A stretch of DNA of 36,216 nucleotides from Alphaproteobacteria bacterium (GTDB lineage Bacteria; Pseudomonadota; Alphaproteobacteria; Rs-D84). Shown piece after piece: positions 7,811 to 17,207 of the stretch (position 1 is the stretch's first letter; every line of letters starts with the position of its first letter). Position numbers and translations under genes: made by a program. Below the pieces are notes generated by a model. The model was not told where the DNA came from, searched no databases, and saw nothing but the letters and a program-made list of their open reading frames with translations. The stretch is taken from contig JBKSMR010000031.1 in the NCBI GenBank assembly GCA_046881895.1, positions 1 to 36,216 on the forward strand. The letters run 5' to 3'.

Positions 7811-8833
7811 ATGTCAGATTTTTTTAAAAAGTTAATGATTATTCGTACACCAAAAATTGGGCCTGTTCGCTATGCAGAACTGATACGTAAATTTGGCTCA
7901 GTGGATGCTGTTGTTGATTTTTTAAATCCTGATTCGGAATTTCGTGACAGTGTTTTACGTGAAATGGATAATGCACAAAAGATGAATATTCACTATCTGT
8001 CTGATGATAGTCCTTTTTATCCGTTTGCATTACGTAATATAAAAAATCATCCACCAATAATTACTGTACGTGGAAATTTGGAAGCTTTGGCGAAACCGGC
8101 AGTATCTATTGTTGGTACGCGTCATGCGACAGCCAGTGGGATGAAATTTGTGGCAGATGTGGCGGATGGTTTCGCAGAACGTGGTTTTTCTGTTGTGTCT
8201 GGTATGGCGGTTGGTACTGATACTGCTGCACATCGTGGGGCGTTACGTGCATGCGGAAATTCTAATACGATTGCTGTATTGGCAGGGGGTGTTGATTATA
8301 TATGGCCGCTGGAAAACGAATCGTTATATTGGGAAATTGTTGAACGTGGTGCCATTATCAGCGAAATGCCAGTTGGTTTTGTGCCAGTGGCAACAAATTT
8401 TGTACAACGAAATCGTTGGGTTGCAGGAATGTCTGATAAATTGATTCTTAGCGAGGCTGATATGAAATCCGGTTCAATGACAACTGCACGATTCGCAATC
8501 GATTTTGGTCGTGATGTTTGGGCAATACCGTCGCATCCGTCTGATTCCCGCGGTGCAGGGCCAAATTCACTGATTCGGAATGGGTGTGCAAAATTGTGTA
8601 TGGGTGTTCAAGATTTCTTTAAAGAAACCAGAAAAGAAAAAATGGAAATAAAAAATCAGAAAAAATTCGATTCGGAAAATTCTGTATTTGATAAAATTGG
8701 TTCGGTTCCTGTGTCAGAATCTGTATTGGCAGAACTTGTCAAAAAATCGGTTTCGGAAATCAAGACAGAATTAGTTGTCTTGGAATTGCAAGGCTTGATA
8801 CGAAAGGTTGATGGTGGGTATGTTCGTGTATGA
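7811..8833 (+). CDS. dprA: DNA processing protein DprA (Smf)
   Basis: 340 aa. Motifs are IGPVRYAELIRKFGS, VSIVGTRHATASGMKF, GMAVGTDTAAHRGAL and AVLAGGVDYIWP, plus a C-terminal winged-helix-like tail. Confidence 0.88.
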   Translation: MSDFFKKLMIIRTPKIGPVRYAELIRKFGSVDAVVDFLNPDSEFRDSVLREMDNAQKMNIHYLSDDSPFYPFALRNIKNHPPIITVRGNLEALAKPAVSIVGTRHATASGMKFVADVADGFAERGFSVVSGMAVGTDTAAHRGALRACGNSNTIAVLAGGVDYIWPLENESLYWEIVERGAIISEMPVGFVPVATNFVQRNRWVAGMSDKLILSEADMKSGSMTTARFAIDFGRDVWAIPSHPSDSRGAGPNSLIRNGCAKLCMGVQDFFKETRKEKMEIKNQKKFDSENSVFDKIGSVPVSESVLAELVKKSVSEIKTELVVLELQGLIRKVDGGYVRV

Positions 8834-8842
8834 TTCTTTTCA

Positions 8843-8863
8843 TGTATATACAGTGTATATACA
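8843..8863. repeat. Two adjacent copies of the perfect palindrome TGTATATACA
   Basis: TGTATATACA at 8843-8852 and again at 8854-8863, separated by a single G. They lie 10 nt after the dprA stop, at the start of the 471-bp non-coding region before dnaA. Confidence 0.6.
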
Positions 8864-9304
8864 AACGGCAGAAAACAGGCAAAAAAACGAATCGTTGTCA
8901 AAAAGTAAATGTTCAAAAAATGTTTAATATTTGGTTGTAAACTGAAAATTATCTTATAAATTATTTGACGTATCCAAAACAAGATTGAGAGAAAAAATCA
9001 ATCGAGAAGGCGGGGATAAAACCTTGTGAATTGGAACGTCAGATTTAGAAAAAATAAATCAGAGGTTCCGAAAATTAAATGCTGATATAAATTGGCATTT
9101 GATGGGTGCGAAAACGGGTGGTTGTTCTTGTGTCCCAAGAATAAACAACATTGGTTTTCGGTCACTGTGTGAGGGGGATGAAAAAGTAGGGCAGATAAAA
9201 GGCCAATAATAGAAAGGATATTGGCATTTTATGTGGATGGCTTTTGCAAACCAAAGCACAATAAGGGCAGGAAACTCTTTTAGGGAAGGAAAGGAGAAAA
9301 CGAT

Positions 9305-10588
9305 ATGCAGACAATGGCAAATGTAACAATGACTAACTTGGAAAATATCAAGGGGGCCATTGCCGCAAAAATTGATTCTGCAGGCTTTACTTCTTGGATC
9401 GCACCATTAAATTTTGACATTATAAATAATACTTTGGTTTTGGGTGCACAGAATCAATTCTCGGCTGACTTTATCAACAGTGTTTATGGTAACTTGATTT
9501 TGTCTGTTGCAAACGAATTTGGTTTGGGTGCAAAAATTATTGTTCGTTCTAATACTGCACCTGTCGCAAAGGCTTCTGTTGCAAATGATAATAAGACACA
9601 GAACTTTGCACCTGTGACAGCTGTGGTATCTGCCAAGCTTTCATTTGATTCTTTTGTATGCAGTGATGATAATTTGTTTGTATTGTCTGCATGTAAAAAA
9701 GTAGCAGCGGGTACAGTTTCTTTTTCACCGCTGTTTATTTATGGTGCATCCGGATGTGGTAAGACATTATTGACTGATTGTATCGCAGGTGCATCCCAAG
9801 GTCGTGTTGTTAAAATGACTGCATCGCAATTTGTTTCTGATTTTTCACGTTCATTAAAAGAATATAATGTTTTTGGTTTCAAAGATTTCTGTCGTAATTG
9901 TGATGTCTTTATTTTAGATGATGTTCAAGGTTTGTCTGGTAAAAAGGCATCAACCGAAGAATTTTTGCAATTGGTTGTTGATTTGCGTAATGCCGGCAAG
10001 AATGTTGTTTTGACAGCAAATGCGGCACCGAATAATCTGACAGGTTTAGACAGACGTGTTCAGTCATTATTGGCATCAGGTTTGACTGCCGAAGTTGTTG
10101 CACCGAATGCACATGTGAAAAATATCATGCTTCAACGTGCAGGTGTTGCATCTGATGTTGCAAGTGCATTATCTGCACGCATTGCAAACGACGGTCATTT
10201 GATTGCTGGTATTGCAACAAAAATCAAAACGTATGCAGATTTGATGGGGACTTCTGTTGATATGGATGTTGCACAACGCTTGTTAGCTGACACATTGCAA
10301 AAGACAAAAACACCATCCGCGATGGTTCGTGAAATGTGTGAAAAGTTAGCTGTATCATATGATGCGGTATGTGGTAATGGTCGCAGTCGTTCTTTGGTAT
10401 TGGCACGTCAGATGATGATGGTTGTATTAAAGAATGTGACAGGTTTGTCTTTGTCTGAAATTGGTAATTTTGTTGGCGGTCGCGATCATGCAACAGTTTT
10501 GTATGCGATTCGTCAAATTGAAAAACAACAGGCGACAGATTTGGTATTATCTGCCCAGATTCAACAGTTAATCAAAGAATATAAATAA
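9305..10588 (+). CDS. dnaA: Chromosomal replication initiator DnaA (short, divergent)
   Basis: 427 aa. The AAA+ core reads PLFIYGASGCGKTLL, VFILDDVQGLSGKKASTEEF and GKNVVLTANAAP. Domain IV reads RSLVLARQMMMVVLKNVTGLSLSEIGNFVGGRDHATVLYAIRQIEK. The RBS is AAGGAG. Confidence 0.85.
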   Translation: MQTMANVTMTNLENIKGAIAAKIDSAGFTSWIAPLNFDIINNTLVLGAQNQFSADFINSVYGNLILSVANEFGLGAKIIVRSNTAPVAKASVANDNKTQNFAPVTAVVSAKLSFDSFVCSDDNLFVLSACKKVAAGTVSFSPLFIYGASGCGKTLLTDCIAGASQGRVVKMTASQFVSDFSRSLKEYNVFGFKDFCRNCDVFILDDVQGLSGKKASTEEFLQLVVDLRNAGKNVVLTANAAPNNLTGLDRRVQSLLASGLTAEVVAPNAHVKNIMLQRAGVASDVASALSARIANDGHLIAGIATKIKTYADLMGTSVDMDVAQRLLADTLQKTKTPSAMVREMCEKLAVSYDAVCGNGRSRSLVLARQMMMVVLKNVTGLSLSEIGNFVGGRDHATVLYAIRQIEKQQATDLVLSAQIQQLIKEYK

Positions 10589-10593
10589 AATCT

Positions 10594-10613
10594 GCCCAAA
10601 TGGGCTTTTTTTT
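10594..10613 (+). terminator. Rho-independent terminator after dnaA
   Basis: GCCCAaaTGGGCTTTTTTTT. Confidence 0.65.
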
Positions 10614-10673
10614 ATCTGTTTGTATCAGGTGTATGTTTATGATATAATTTTGGCAAGAGTAAAAGGGTATGTA

Positions 10674-11279
10674 ATGCTAAAAAAAGATTTTGAAGCACGT
10701 CATGGACGTATTCCAACCAGAAATGCCATTATTGATTATTTACCAGATACACTAATAAAGTACAATTTGCAATCGGATTATCAACCGGCACATATCTGGC
10801 ACATTGTACAAAATATGCCTGGTTCTCATTTTTCAATATTGGATTTAGAGGGGTTGCGTACGATATTTGAAAATTTGAGACATGAACAACGTAAACCTGT
10901 TCGTGATTATTATTTAGAGGTTTTAGATCGTCGTTTCTTTTCTAGTGGTTGGGGATGGTTTTCACGTGGTGGGCGTGGATTGTCTACTTTTACACGTGAA
11001 ATAAAAGATATTCCAGCAGAAGAGCGTGCACTTGCACTGAAAGTATTGCGTACATTAAGAAATGGTTTTGATAATAATAGATATAAACCAAAATATGGAA
11101 CAAAAAAACTTATAAATTATTATATTTCTGCGTATGGTGGGACTGTGAATAGTTCGAAAAAATCATATGAAGATGCACAAGTAAAAATGATACTCGCAGA
11201 TAAATTGCCAAGAAAAAAGAAAAAGGAAATTAAAAAAATGGGGCTGTGGTCAATGTTTAAACAGTCTAAATTGAGATAA
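10674..11279 (+). CDS. Hypothetical basic protein
   Basis: The track ORF starts at 10620. I prefer ATG 10674 (MLKKDFEARHGRIP...) after AAAAGGG. It has a Lys-rich C-terminus (LPRKKKKEIKKMGLW). I recognise no family. Confidence 0.55.
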   Translation: MLKKDFEARHGRIPTRNAIIDYLPDTLIKYNLQSDYQPAHIWHIVQNMPGSHFSILDLEGLRTIFENLRHEQRKPVRDYYLEVLDRRFFSSGWGWFSRGGRGLSTFTREIKDIPAEERALALKVLRTLRNGFDNNRYKPKYGTKKLINYYISAYGGTVNSSKKSYEDAQVKMILADKLPRKKKKEIKKMGLWSMFKQSKLR

Positions 11280-11306
11280 AAAAACCGGAATATTTCCGGT
11301 TTTTTT
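11279..11306. terminator. Bidirectional rho-independent terminator
   Basis: AAAAAACCGGAAtatTTCCGGTTTTTTT between convergent genes. The parE stop overlaps the T-tract. Confidence 0.8.
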
Positions 11307-13284
11307 ATACGAATAGGTCTTTGACGAATTGGGCATGTTCGGTTATGAATTTAAATCTAAATTCAGGTTTTTTGCCCATCAGTTCAGAAACAATCGTTCG
11401 TGTTTTTTCTGTGTCTTCGGCACCTTCTTCGGTACGAGGTGGCAGTTCAACACGAATCAAACGGCGTGTTTTTGGTGACATCGTTGTTTCTTTTAGCTGG
11501 TTTGGCATCATTTCGCCCAAACCTTTGAATCGAGAAATTTCAACCTTTTTATTTTTGTACTTGGTTGCTTTTAGATTTTCCAGTTCTTCGTCGCTGTCAA
11601 CATAGATTGATTCTGTGCCGCAGGTCAATTTATATAATGGGGGACAAGATAGATACAAATGACCGCCATATATCAACTGTGGCATATATTGATAGAAAAA
11701 CGCCATAAGCAATGATGCAATATGACTGCCGTCAACGTCAGCATCGGTCATGACGATAATCTTTTCATAACGCAGTTTATCTTCGTTCCAATCTTTGGCA
11801 GTGCCAGCACCGATAATATCAATCAGTTCGTTTAATTCTTTGTTTGCACCAAAGCGTTCGTCTGAATTTGATATAACATTTAAAACCTTGCCACGTAATG
11901 GCATAATTGCCTGGGTCGCACGATCACGTGCCTGTTTCGCAGTACCACCAGCTGATTCACCCTCTACAATAAATAATTCTGTGCCGGCAATTCCGTGTTT
12001 TGAACAATCTGCCAGTTTCGCGGGCATGCGAATACGTTTAGTTGGGGTTTTGCGTGCAACGTCTTTGACTTGTTTGGTTTTGATACGTGCATTTGCTAAG
12101 TTGATTACAAAATCCAGTAATGCGTTTGCAGTCTTTGGATCAGATGCCAAGAACATCTCCCACGGGTCGCGTAGGGCATTTTCTGTATAGCGTGCAATTT
12201 CTGGATTTGATAATTTTTCCTTGGTTTGACCCAAGAATTGCGGTGTCTTGTAGAATACAGATACAATCGCAGCAACAGAATCAAATACGTCTTCACCAAT
12301 AATTGTCGCTGCAGATTTATTGTTTACTTTTTCCCCGTATGCTTTTATTCCCTTGGTAATTGCGGATTTAAAGCCGGTTTCGTGTGTGCCACCGTCAATT
12401 GTTGCGATTGTGTTACAGTATGATGAAAAGAATCCGTCGTCCGATGCGGCACCATTTTCATCTGTTAAAAATGTCAATGCCCATTCAACGCGTCCACTGT
12501 CATCTGGGAAATCAACACTTCCACTAAATATTCGTGGTAAAATGCGTGGTTTTGAATCTGTTTTTTCAGCCAAGAAATCTGCAACACCGTTTGGATAATA
12601 AAATGTTTTTGTTGCAGGAATATTCATATCTTCGGTCAACAATTCTGGATTGCAATGCCAATCTATCTTTATGCCGCGAGACAAGAATGCCTTGGCACGT
12701 GCCATGCGATATATTTTGACCGGTTTAAATACTGCGTTCGCACCGAAAATTTCATCGTCAAGTGTAAATCGGATTTTTGTGCCATGATTTTTTGTTGCAT
12801 CCATACGCTGCATAGAGCAGGTCGGAATACCACGTGAAAAAGTCTGATGCCAGTTATACCCATCACGTGCAATATCAACAATCATTTCTGATGATAGGGC
12901 ATTTACAACCGCAGAACCAACCCCGTGTAAGCCACCACTGGTCTTGTAGACGTTATTGTTAAACTTACCGCCAGAATGCAGCGTTGTTAAAATAACTTCT
13001 AGTGCAGATTTGCCTGGATATTTTGGGTGTTCGTCCACAGGGATTCCGCGACCATCGTCTGCGATTTCAATTGTTTTAGAATCGATTAAGTTTACAGTTA
13101 TTTTTTTTGCAAAACCAGCCACCGCTTCGTCAATGGAATTATCCATGATTTCAACTGGCAAGTGATGCCATGCCTTTTCATCTGTACCACCAATATACAT
13201 GCCTGGACGCAGGCGAACCGGTTCCAAGCCTTCAAGAACTTGTATATCTGATGCATCATATGTGTGTGTATTTTTCTCTGTCAT
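11305..13284 (-). CDS. parE: Type IIA topoisomerase B subunit, most likely topoisomerase IV subunit B
   Basis: 659 aa. The GHKL ATPase region reads LEGLEPVRLRPGMYIGGT, EIMDNSIDEA, DDGRGIP and GLHGVGSAVVNALS. The Toprim region reads ELFIVEGESAGGTAKQARDR, PLRGKVLNV and MTDADVDGSHI. Its length lacks the roughly 170-aa insertion of proteobacterial GyrB, so I prefer ParE. GyrB is not fully excluded. Confidence 0.78.
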   Translation of the reverse strand: MTEKNTHTYDASDIQVLEGLEPVRLRPGMYIGGTDEKAWHHLPVEIMDNSIDEAVAGFAKKITVNLIDSKTIEIADDGRGIPVDEHPKYPGKSALEVILTTLHSGGKFNNNVYKTSGGLHGVGSAVVNALSSEMIVDIARDGYNWHQTFSRGIPTCSMQRMDATKNHGTKIRFTLDDEIFGANAVFKPVKIYRMARAKAFLSRGIKIDWHCNPELLTEDMNIPATKTFYYPNGVADFLAEKTDSKPRILPRIFSGSVDFPDDSGRVEWALTFLTDENGAASDDGFFSSYCNTIATIDGGTHETGFKSAITKGIKAYGEKVNNKSAATIIGEDVFDSVAAIVSVFYKTPQFLGQTKEKLSNPEIARYTENALRDPWEMFLASDPKTANALLDFVINLANARIKTKQVKDVARKTPTKRIRMPAKLADCSKHGIAGTELFIVEGESAGGTAKQARDRATQAIMPLRGKVLNVISNSDERFGANKELNELIDIIGAGTAKDWNEDKLRYEKIIVMTDADVDGSHIASLLMAFFYQYMPQLIYGGHLYLSCPPLYKLTCGTESIYVDSDEELENLKATKYKNKKVEISRFKGLGEMMPNQLKETTMSPKTRRLIRVELPPRTEEGAEDTEKTRTIVSELMGKKPEFRFKFITEHAQFVKDLFV

Positions 13285-13357
13285 AGTGATATTATTATTA
13301 GAACATTTTTAAATTTTTCGCAAGCCCAAAGAATTTAAGCCTATTTATATTTATGGA

Positions 13358-13387
13358 CTTGATTTTTTTATTGGCTGTCTTATATAT
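13358..13387 (+). promoter_or_regulatory. Possible RpoH (sigma32)-type heat-shock promoter upstream of dnaJ
   Basis: CTTG at 13358-13361, a 17-nt spacer, then CTTATATAT at 13379-13387. This resembles the alphaproteobacterial sigma32 consensus CTTG-N17-CYTATNT. However, CTTG -35 boxes are also used by the presumed housekeeping promoters here. Confidence 0.3.
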
Positions 13388-13421
13388 TTTGTAACAATGA
13401 AAAATACCATGGAATTGTAAA

Positions 13422-14552
13422 ATGAATAAAAATCCGTATGAAGTCTTGGGTGTTGCACGTGATGCAACAGATGCCGATATAAAAAAAGCATATCATAAAC
13501 TGGTGATGAAATATCATCCAGACAGAAATCCTGATAACAAAGATGCCGAAGAAAAATTTAAAGAAGTAAATAATGCTTTTGATATTCTGAAAGACCCACA
13601 AAAACGTGCTGCTTATGATCGTTTTGGCGATGCTGCATTTGCTGGTGGTAATGCATCTGGTGCAGGGTTTGGTGGCAATCCATTTGGCAATGGTGCGTTC
13701 CACTTTGATATGGGTGGTGGTGCCGGCATGGAAGATATTTTACGCGAAGCAATGCGCGGATTTGGCTTCGGTGGTGGCTTTGGTGGTGGACCACAACGTG
13801 GTGCACCACAGCGTGGCGGTCGTGATTTGTTGGACGAAGTGGTTATAGATTTAAAAGATGCATACTTTGGTAAAACACATACAGTAAAATTTTCAAGTAA
13901 TGTAACGTGTGAAAAATGCCATGGAAATGGAACTGATAATGGTGAACCAGCACCTGTTTGTTCGCGTTGTGGTGGCAGTGGTTTTGTTCAAACACGCCAA
14001 GGGTTTTTTGTAACCGAATCGCCATGCCCAGAATGTAATGGTCTGGGACGCAAGATTAGTAAAAAGTGTTCTGAATGTGATGGAACAGGGACTCAACATA
14101 AACAACGTACACTAGATGTCAAAATACCTGCTGGTGTTGAAGATGGCACCAGATTGCGTTTGGCAGGACAGGGTGAAGCAGGTGCAAATGGTGGGCCGTC
14201 TGGTGATTTTTATTTGGATATACGTGTGCGTCCTGACAAGCGATTCGATCGTGTTGGAAATGATTTGATTATGCGTGTGGATGTACCTTTTACAACGTTG
14301 GCGTTGGGTGGCGAAATTGAAATTGAAACCATAGATGATAAAAAACTTGCAGTCAAGGTTCCCGCAGGTACACAGGTTGGTGAAAAACTTCGTGTGCGTG
14401 GGCATGGTATGCCTAATCCACGTCGCAGTGGTGTGTTTGGTGATTTGTATGTTGATATCGCAATAAAAATCCCAACAAAATTATCTGACAAGCAAAAGAA
14501 ATTGTTGTCTGAATTCGCAGATTTAAAATCAGATAAAAAAGGCTGGTTTTAA
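13422..14552 (+). CDS. dnaJ: Molecular chaperone DnaJ
   Basis: 376 aa. It has a J domain ([32 protein letters not shown]), a G/F-rich linker and four CxxCxGxG zinc-finger repeats ([32 protein letters not shown]). Confidence 0.95.
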   Translation: MNKNPYEVLGVARDATDADIKKAYHKLVMKYHPDRNPDNKDAEEKFKEVNNAFDILKDPQKRAAYDRFGDAAFAGGNASGAGFGGNPFGNGAFHFDMGGGAGMEDILREAMRGFGFGGGFGGGPQRGAPQRGGRDLLDEVVIDLKDAYFGKTHTVKFSSNVTCEKCHGNGTDNGEPAPVCSRCGGSGFVQTRQGFFVTESPCPECNGLGRKISKKCSECDGTGTQHKQRTLDVKIPAGVEDGTRLRLAGQGEAGANGGPSGDFYLDIRVRPDKRFDRVGNDLIMRVDVPFTTLALGGEIEIETIDDKKLAVKVPAGTQVGEKLRVRGHGMPNPRRSGVFGDLYVDIAIKIPTKLSDKQKKLLSEFADLKSDKKGWF

Positions 14553-14570
14553 ATAAAAAAAATGAAATGT

Positions 14571-14595
14571 AAAAACCGCCGTATACGGCGGTTTT
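14571..14595. terminator. Bidirectional rho-independent terminator (dnaJ / pgsA)
   Basis: AAAAACCGCCGtataCGGCGGTTTT. Confidence 0.8.
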
Positions 14596-14615
14596 ATTGC
14601 ATATATAAGTTTTCT

Positions 14616-15215
14616 TTAATTTAATTTTTTTAGGTGGCCTACAAATGTAATTGTGTATTGTGTTGCAGACCAAATAGACGAAATTAAAGATAACCATAAT
14701 CCACAAATGGCAACCTGTGGTAAAGCGTAAATTAAATACATTATGAAACGGCTGTCTGTTTCAGGTGTGATTAGTGTGCCGATTGCAAAGATTAGTAAAA
14801 ATGCACAGATTGAAATCATTTGAAATGTTGTTTTAATTTTTCCCATGGAAAAACGTGCCTTTGGTACAGGCATTTCTATTTTTTGTGTGCCCAAGAATTC
14901 ACGTAGGCCAGAGATATACAGCTCGCGACAAATCATAATAATAATCGGAACAATGACAAACCATACTGGCATCATAATAGCTAACATAATGAATGTGTTC
15001 ACGACCAGTAATTTATCGCCAATATGATCTAATACACCACCAATTTTTGTGCAAGCATTGTATTTTCGTGCCAAGAAACCATCAAACCAGTCAGATATTG
15101 CACCCAGTGTAAAAAGTATAAATGTTGTCCAATACATCCCGAATAGTAATGTTGGAATTATCGCAAATGCGGTTGCGATGCGAAATGATGATAAGAAATT
15201 TACAAAGAATTTCAT
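14616..15215 (-). CDS. pgsA: CDP-diacylglycerol--glycerol-3-phosphate 3-phosphatidyltransferase
   Basis: 199 aa, multi-TM. The CDP-alcohol phosphatidyltransferase motif is DWFDGFLARKYNACTKIGGVLDHIGDK. The RBS is AAAGGAGAA. Confidence 0.85.
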   Translation of the reverse strand: MKFFVNFLSSFRIATAFAIIPTLLFGMYWTTFILFTLGAISDWFDGFLARKYNACTKIGGVLDHIGDKLLVVNTFIMLAIMMPVWFVIVPIIIMICRELYISGLREFLGTQKIEMPVPKARFSMGKIKTTFQMISICAFLLIFAIGTLITPETDSRFIMYLIYALPQVAICGLWLSLISSIWSATQYTITFVGHLKKLN

Positions 15216-15245
15216 GAGTTTTCTCCTTTTTGTTTCTAAGGTGTA

Positions 15246-16673
15246 TTATATCACTTCTGTATGAAAATGGGCATATATTTTTTTTGCCGCATTTTTTCCA
15301 AGGCCGGGGACTTTTTTTAGTGCGTTTATATCTGCGTCCATAATCGCATGTACGGTTCCAAAATGTTGCAATAATGTACGTTTTCGTGTTGGTCCAATAC
15401 CGTCTATCTCATCCAGTACAGATGCTGTCATTTGTTTTGCACGTGTGTTGCGGTGATATGTAATTACAAATCTGTGAGCTTCATCACGTACAGCACGTAA
15501 CATTAAAAATAAAGGACTGTCTTTTGGCATGTCAAAGTATTCATTGCCGTCTGGCATAATAAAGTGTTCGTCGCCATCACGAACAACGCCTTTGGTTACG
15601 CCAATAACAGGAATGCCATTTGCACGTTTGTTCGCAATATTCCATTGTGCAGGGCCACCGTCAACAATGATTAAATCAAGTTTTGGACCGTGACTGACAG
15701 CACGTTCAATAAATTCTGACATCATTGCAATATCATTCCCAGCACGTGTTTTGTCGTGTAATTTAAAATGTCTATAACCCGATTTTTCAAAGCCGTTATG
15801 CCCGAATGTTACCATTGCACCAACAGGGTTTTTTCCAAATAAATGAGAGTTGTCAAATACGCCTGCAAAGTTGATTTTTAGATTTAACCATTTTTCCAGT
15901 TCTGATACTGTTTTGTCCCAATCTAAATTTGGTGTGTACGACGGATTTTGCCGTATACCGCGTGTTGCAGTATGTGTTAATGCGGCGATTTTGTCGCGTG
16001 TAATTGCAGCGGATTCATAATCCATGTTTGCAGAATACTCTTTCATTTGTTGTGTTAAGTTTGCAATTATTGGTGTGCTGTCGCCAGTCAGTATTTTTCG
16101 TGCTGTACGCACGTTTTCTGTGTATTTTTGTTTGTCTGGATAGCAACATGGACCGCTGCAACGACCGATTTGATATAGCAGACATGGACGCGATCGGTTG
16201 TTCATCTGTATGTCGGTGCATGTGCGTAATTGGCAAACTTTTTGAATCGTTTTTATTGTTTCGTTTAGTGCTGATACAGATGGGTATGGGCCGTATACGT
16301 CGCGACGTTGTGATGTTTTGCCGCGAAATTTTAATAGACGTGGAAATTCACTGTTCGTCAGTGCTAACATAGGATACATTTTACCATCTGTCAGCATAAT
16401 GTTGTATTTGGGTTTTTGTGTTTTTATCAGTTCTTGTTCACGTACAAGGGCGTCCGATTCTGTTGGAACGGTTTCCCAGTCAACGCGTGTAACAAGTGTA
16501 CGCATGACCTGTTTATGTAATTCTAGTTTTGAAATATCTGTATATTGGTGCAAGCGGTTATATAGATTTTTAGCTTTGCCCACGTATAACAGATTGCCGT
16601 CCGCGTCATACATCTTGTATACGCCTGGTGCGGCGGGTGCGTTTTCTATTAAATCAGAAAATTGAATATTCAT
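15246..16673 (-). CDS. uvrC: Excinuclease ABC subunit C (short form, about 475 aa)
   Basis: The track ORF extends to 16733. I prefer ATG 16673 (MNIQFSDLIENAPAAPGVYKMYDADGNLLYVGKAKNLYNRL, a GIY-YIG domain). Other motifs are the Cys cluster CQLRTC...RPCLLYQIGRCSGPCC, the UVR motif YESAAITRDKIAAL and a C-terminal (HhH)2, GIGPTRKRTLLQHFGT...VPGLGKNAAKKIY. Confidence 0.85.
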   Translation of the reverse strand: MNIQFSDLIENAPAAPGVYKMYDADGNLLYVGKAKNLYNRLHQYTDISKLELHKQVMRTLVTRVDWETVPTESDALVREQELIKTQKPKYNIMLTDGKMYPMLALTNSEFPRLLKFRGKTSQRRDVYGPYPSVSALNETIKTIQKVCQLRTCTDIQMNNRSRPCLLYQIGRCSGPCCYPDKQKYTENVRTARKILTGDSTPIIANLTQQMKEYSANMDYESAAITRDKIAALTHTATRGIRQNPSYTPNLDWDKTVSELEKWLNLKINFAGVFDNSHLFGKNPVGAMVTFGHNGFEKSGYRHFKLHDKTRAGNDIAMMSEFIERAVSHGPKLDLIIVDGGPAQWNIANKRANGIPVIGVTKGVVRDGDEHFIMPDGNEYFDMPKDSPLFLMLRAVRDEAHRFVITYHRNTRAKQMTASVLDEIDGIGPTRKRTLLQHFGTVHAIMDADINALKKVPGLGKNAAKKIYAHFHTEVI

Positions 16674-16724
16674 AACTTTTATGATAGAATATAAAAGTAT
16701 AAATAGCAAATAAGAGGTTTTTCT

Positions 16725-17189
16725 ATGAATCAAGAATCTGGACGTTCAATGATTGAAATGTTGGGTGTGTTGGCAATTATGGGTGTTATTACTGTTGGTG
16801 CAATTGGTATGATTTCAACAGCAATGCGTACTCAAAAGTTGACTGCTGTAAATGATGAAATTGTACAAATGGTCACGATGGTTCGTAATATTCACGCGGA
16901 ATATGATGATTTTTCCAATATGAACGGTGCAACTATTTTCAGTGTAATTGGTATGTCTGATAAAAATCCATATGGTGGTTCGTATTCTTTATCTGTTGAT
17001 CCGTCTAATGCACGTCAGTTTGTCGTAACGGTCGATGGTTTAGGTCAATCAGAATGTAAATCGTTGGTTGCAAAAGCGTGGTCCGATTCGGTTGGATATA
17101 AGATGTCCGATGGTAAAGTAGGTGGTGCTTCTGGTTCTTGTGATGCAGAAAACGGTAAAAATAGTGTTCAAATCGTCTTTGGTGAATAG
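16725..17189 (+). CDS. Type IV (IVb-like) prepilin
   Basis: 154 aa. The class III signal is MNQESG followed by RSMIEMLGVLAIMGVITVGAIG, with Glu at +5 and a hydrophobic alpha1-N helix. Two C-terminal Cys residues (SECKSL...GSCDAE) are consistent with a D-region disulfide. The RBS is AAGAGG and the stop codon is TAG. Confidence 0.7.
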   Translation: MNQESGRSMIEMLGVLAIMGVITVGAIGMISTAMRTQKLTAVNDEIVQMVTMVRNIHAEYDDFSNMNGATIFSVIGMSDKNPYGGSYSLSVDPSNARQFVVTVDGLGQSECKSLVAKAWSDSVGYKMSDGKVGGASGSCDAENGKNSVQIVFGE

Positions 17190-17207
17190 TTCAAAAAAGG
17201 CGTCTAT

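Noticed and set aside
8960-9240. Calling a defined oriC with DnaA boxes.
   Set aside because: There are no perfect TTATCCACA/TGTGGATAA boxes, only 7/9 matches, and I cannot compute GC skew reliably by eye. It is kept as a hypothesis in the findings and not annotated as a feature.
9059-9259. A 66-aa minus-strand ORF in the dnaA upstream region.
   Set aside because: It has no RBS and an odd composition (Phe/Pro/Cys-rich). It would be transcribed toward dprA with no terminator. I treat the region as non-coding.
16674-16733. N-terminal extensions of track ORFs: uvrC to 16733, fba to 24187, plsC to 31006, pal to 33644, dnaN from 20345, the nuclease from 29681, and the 6847 and 10620 starts.
   Set aside because: In each case an internal start is preceded by a Shine-Dalgarno sequence and matches the homologue N-terminus or the start of a signal peptide. 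The extensions overlap neighbouring genes or promoters.
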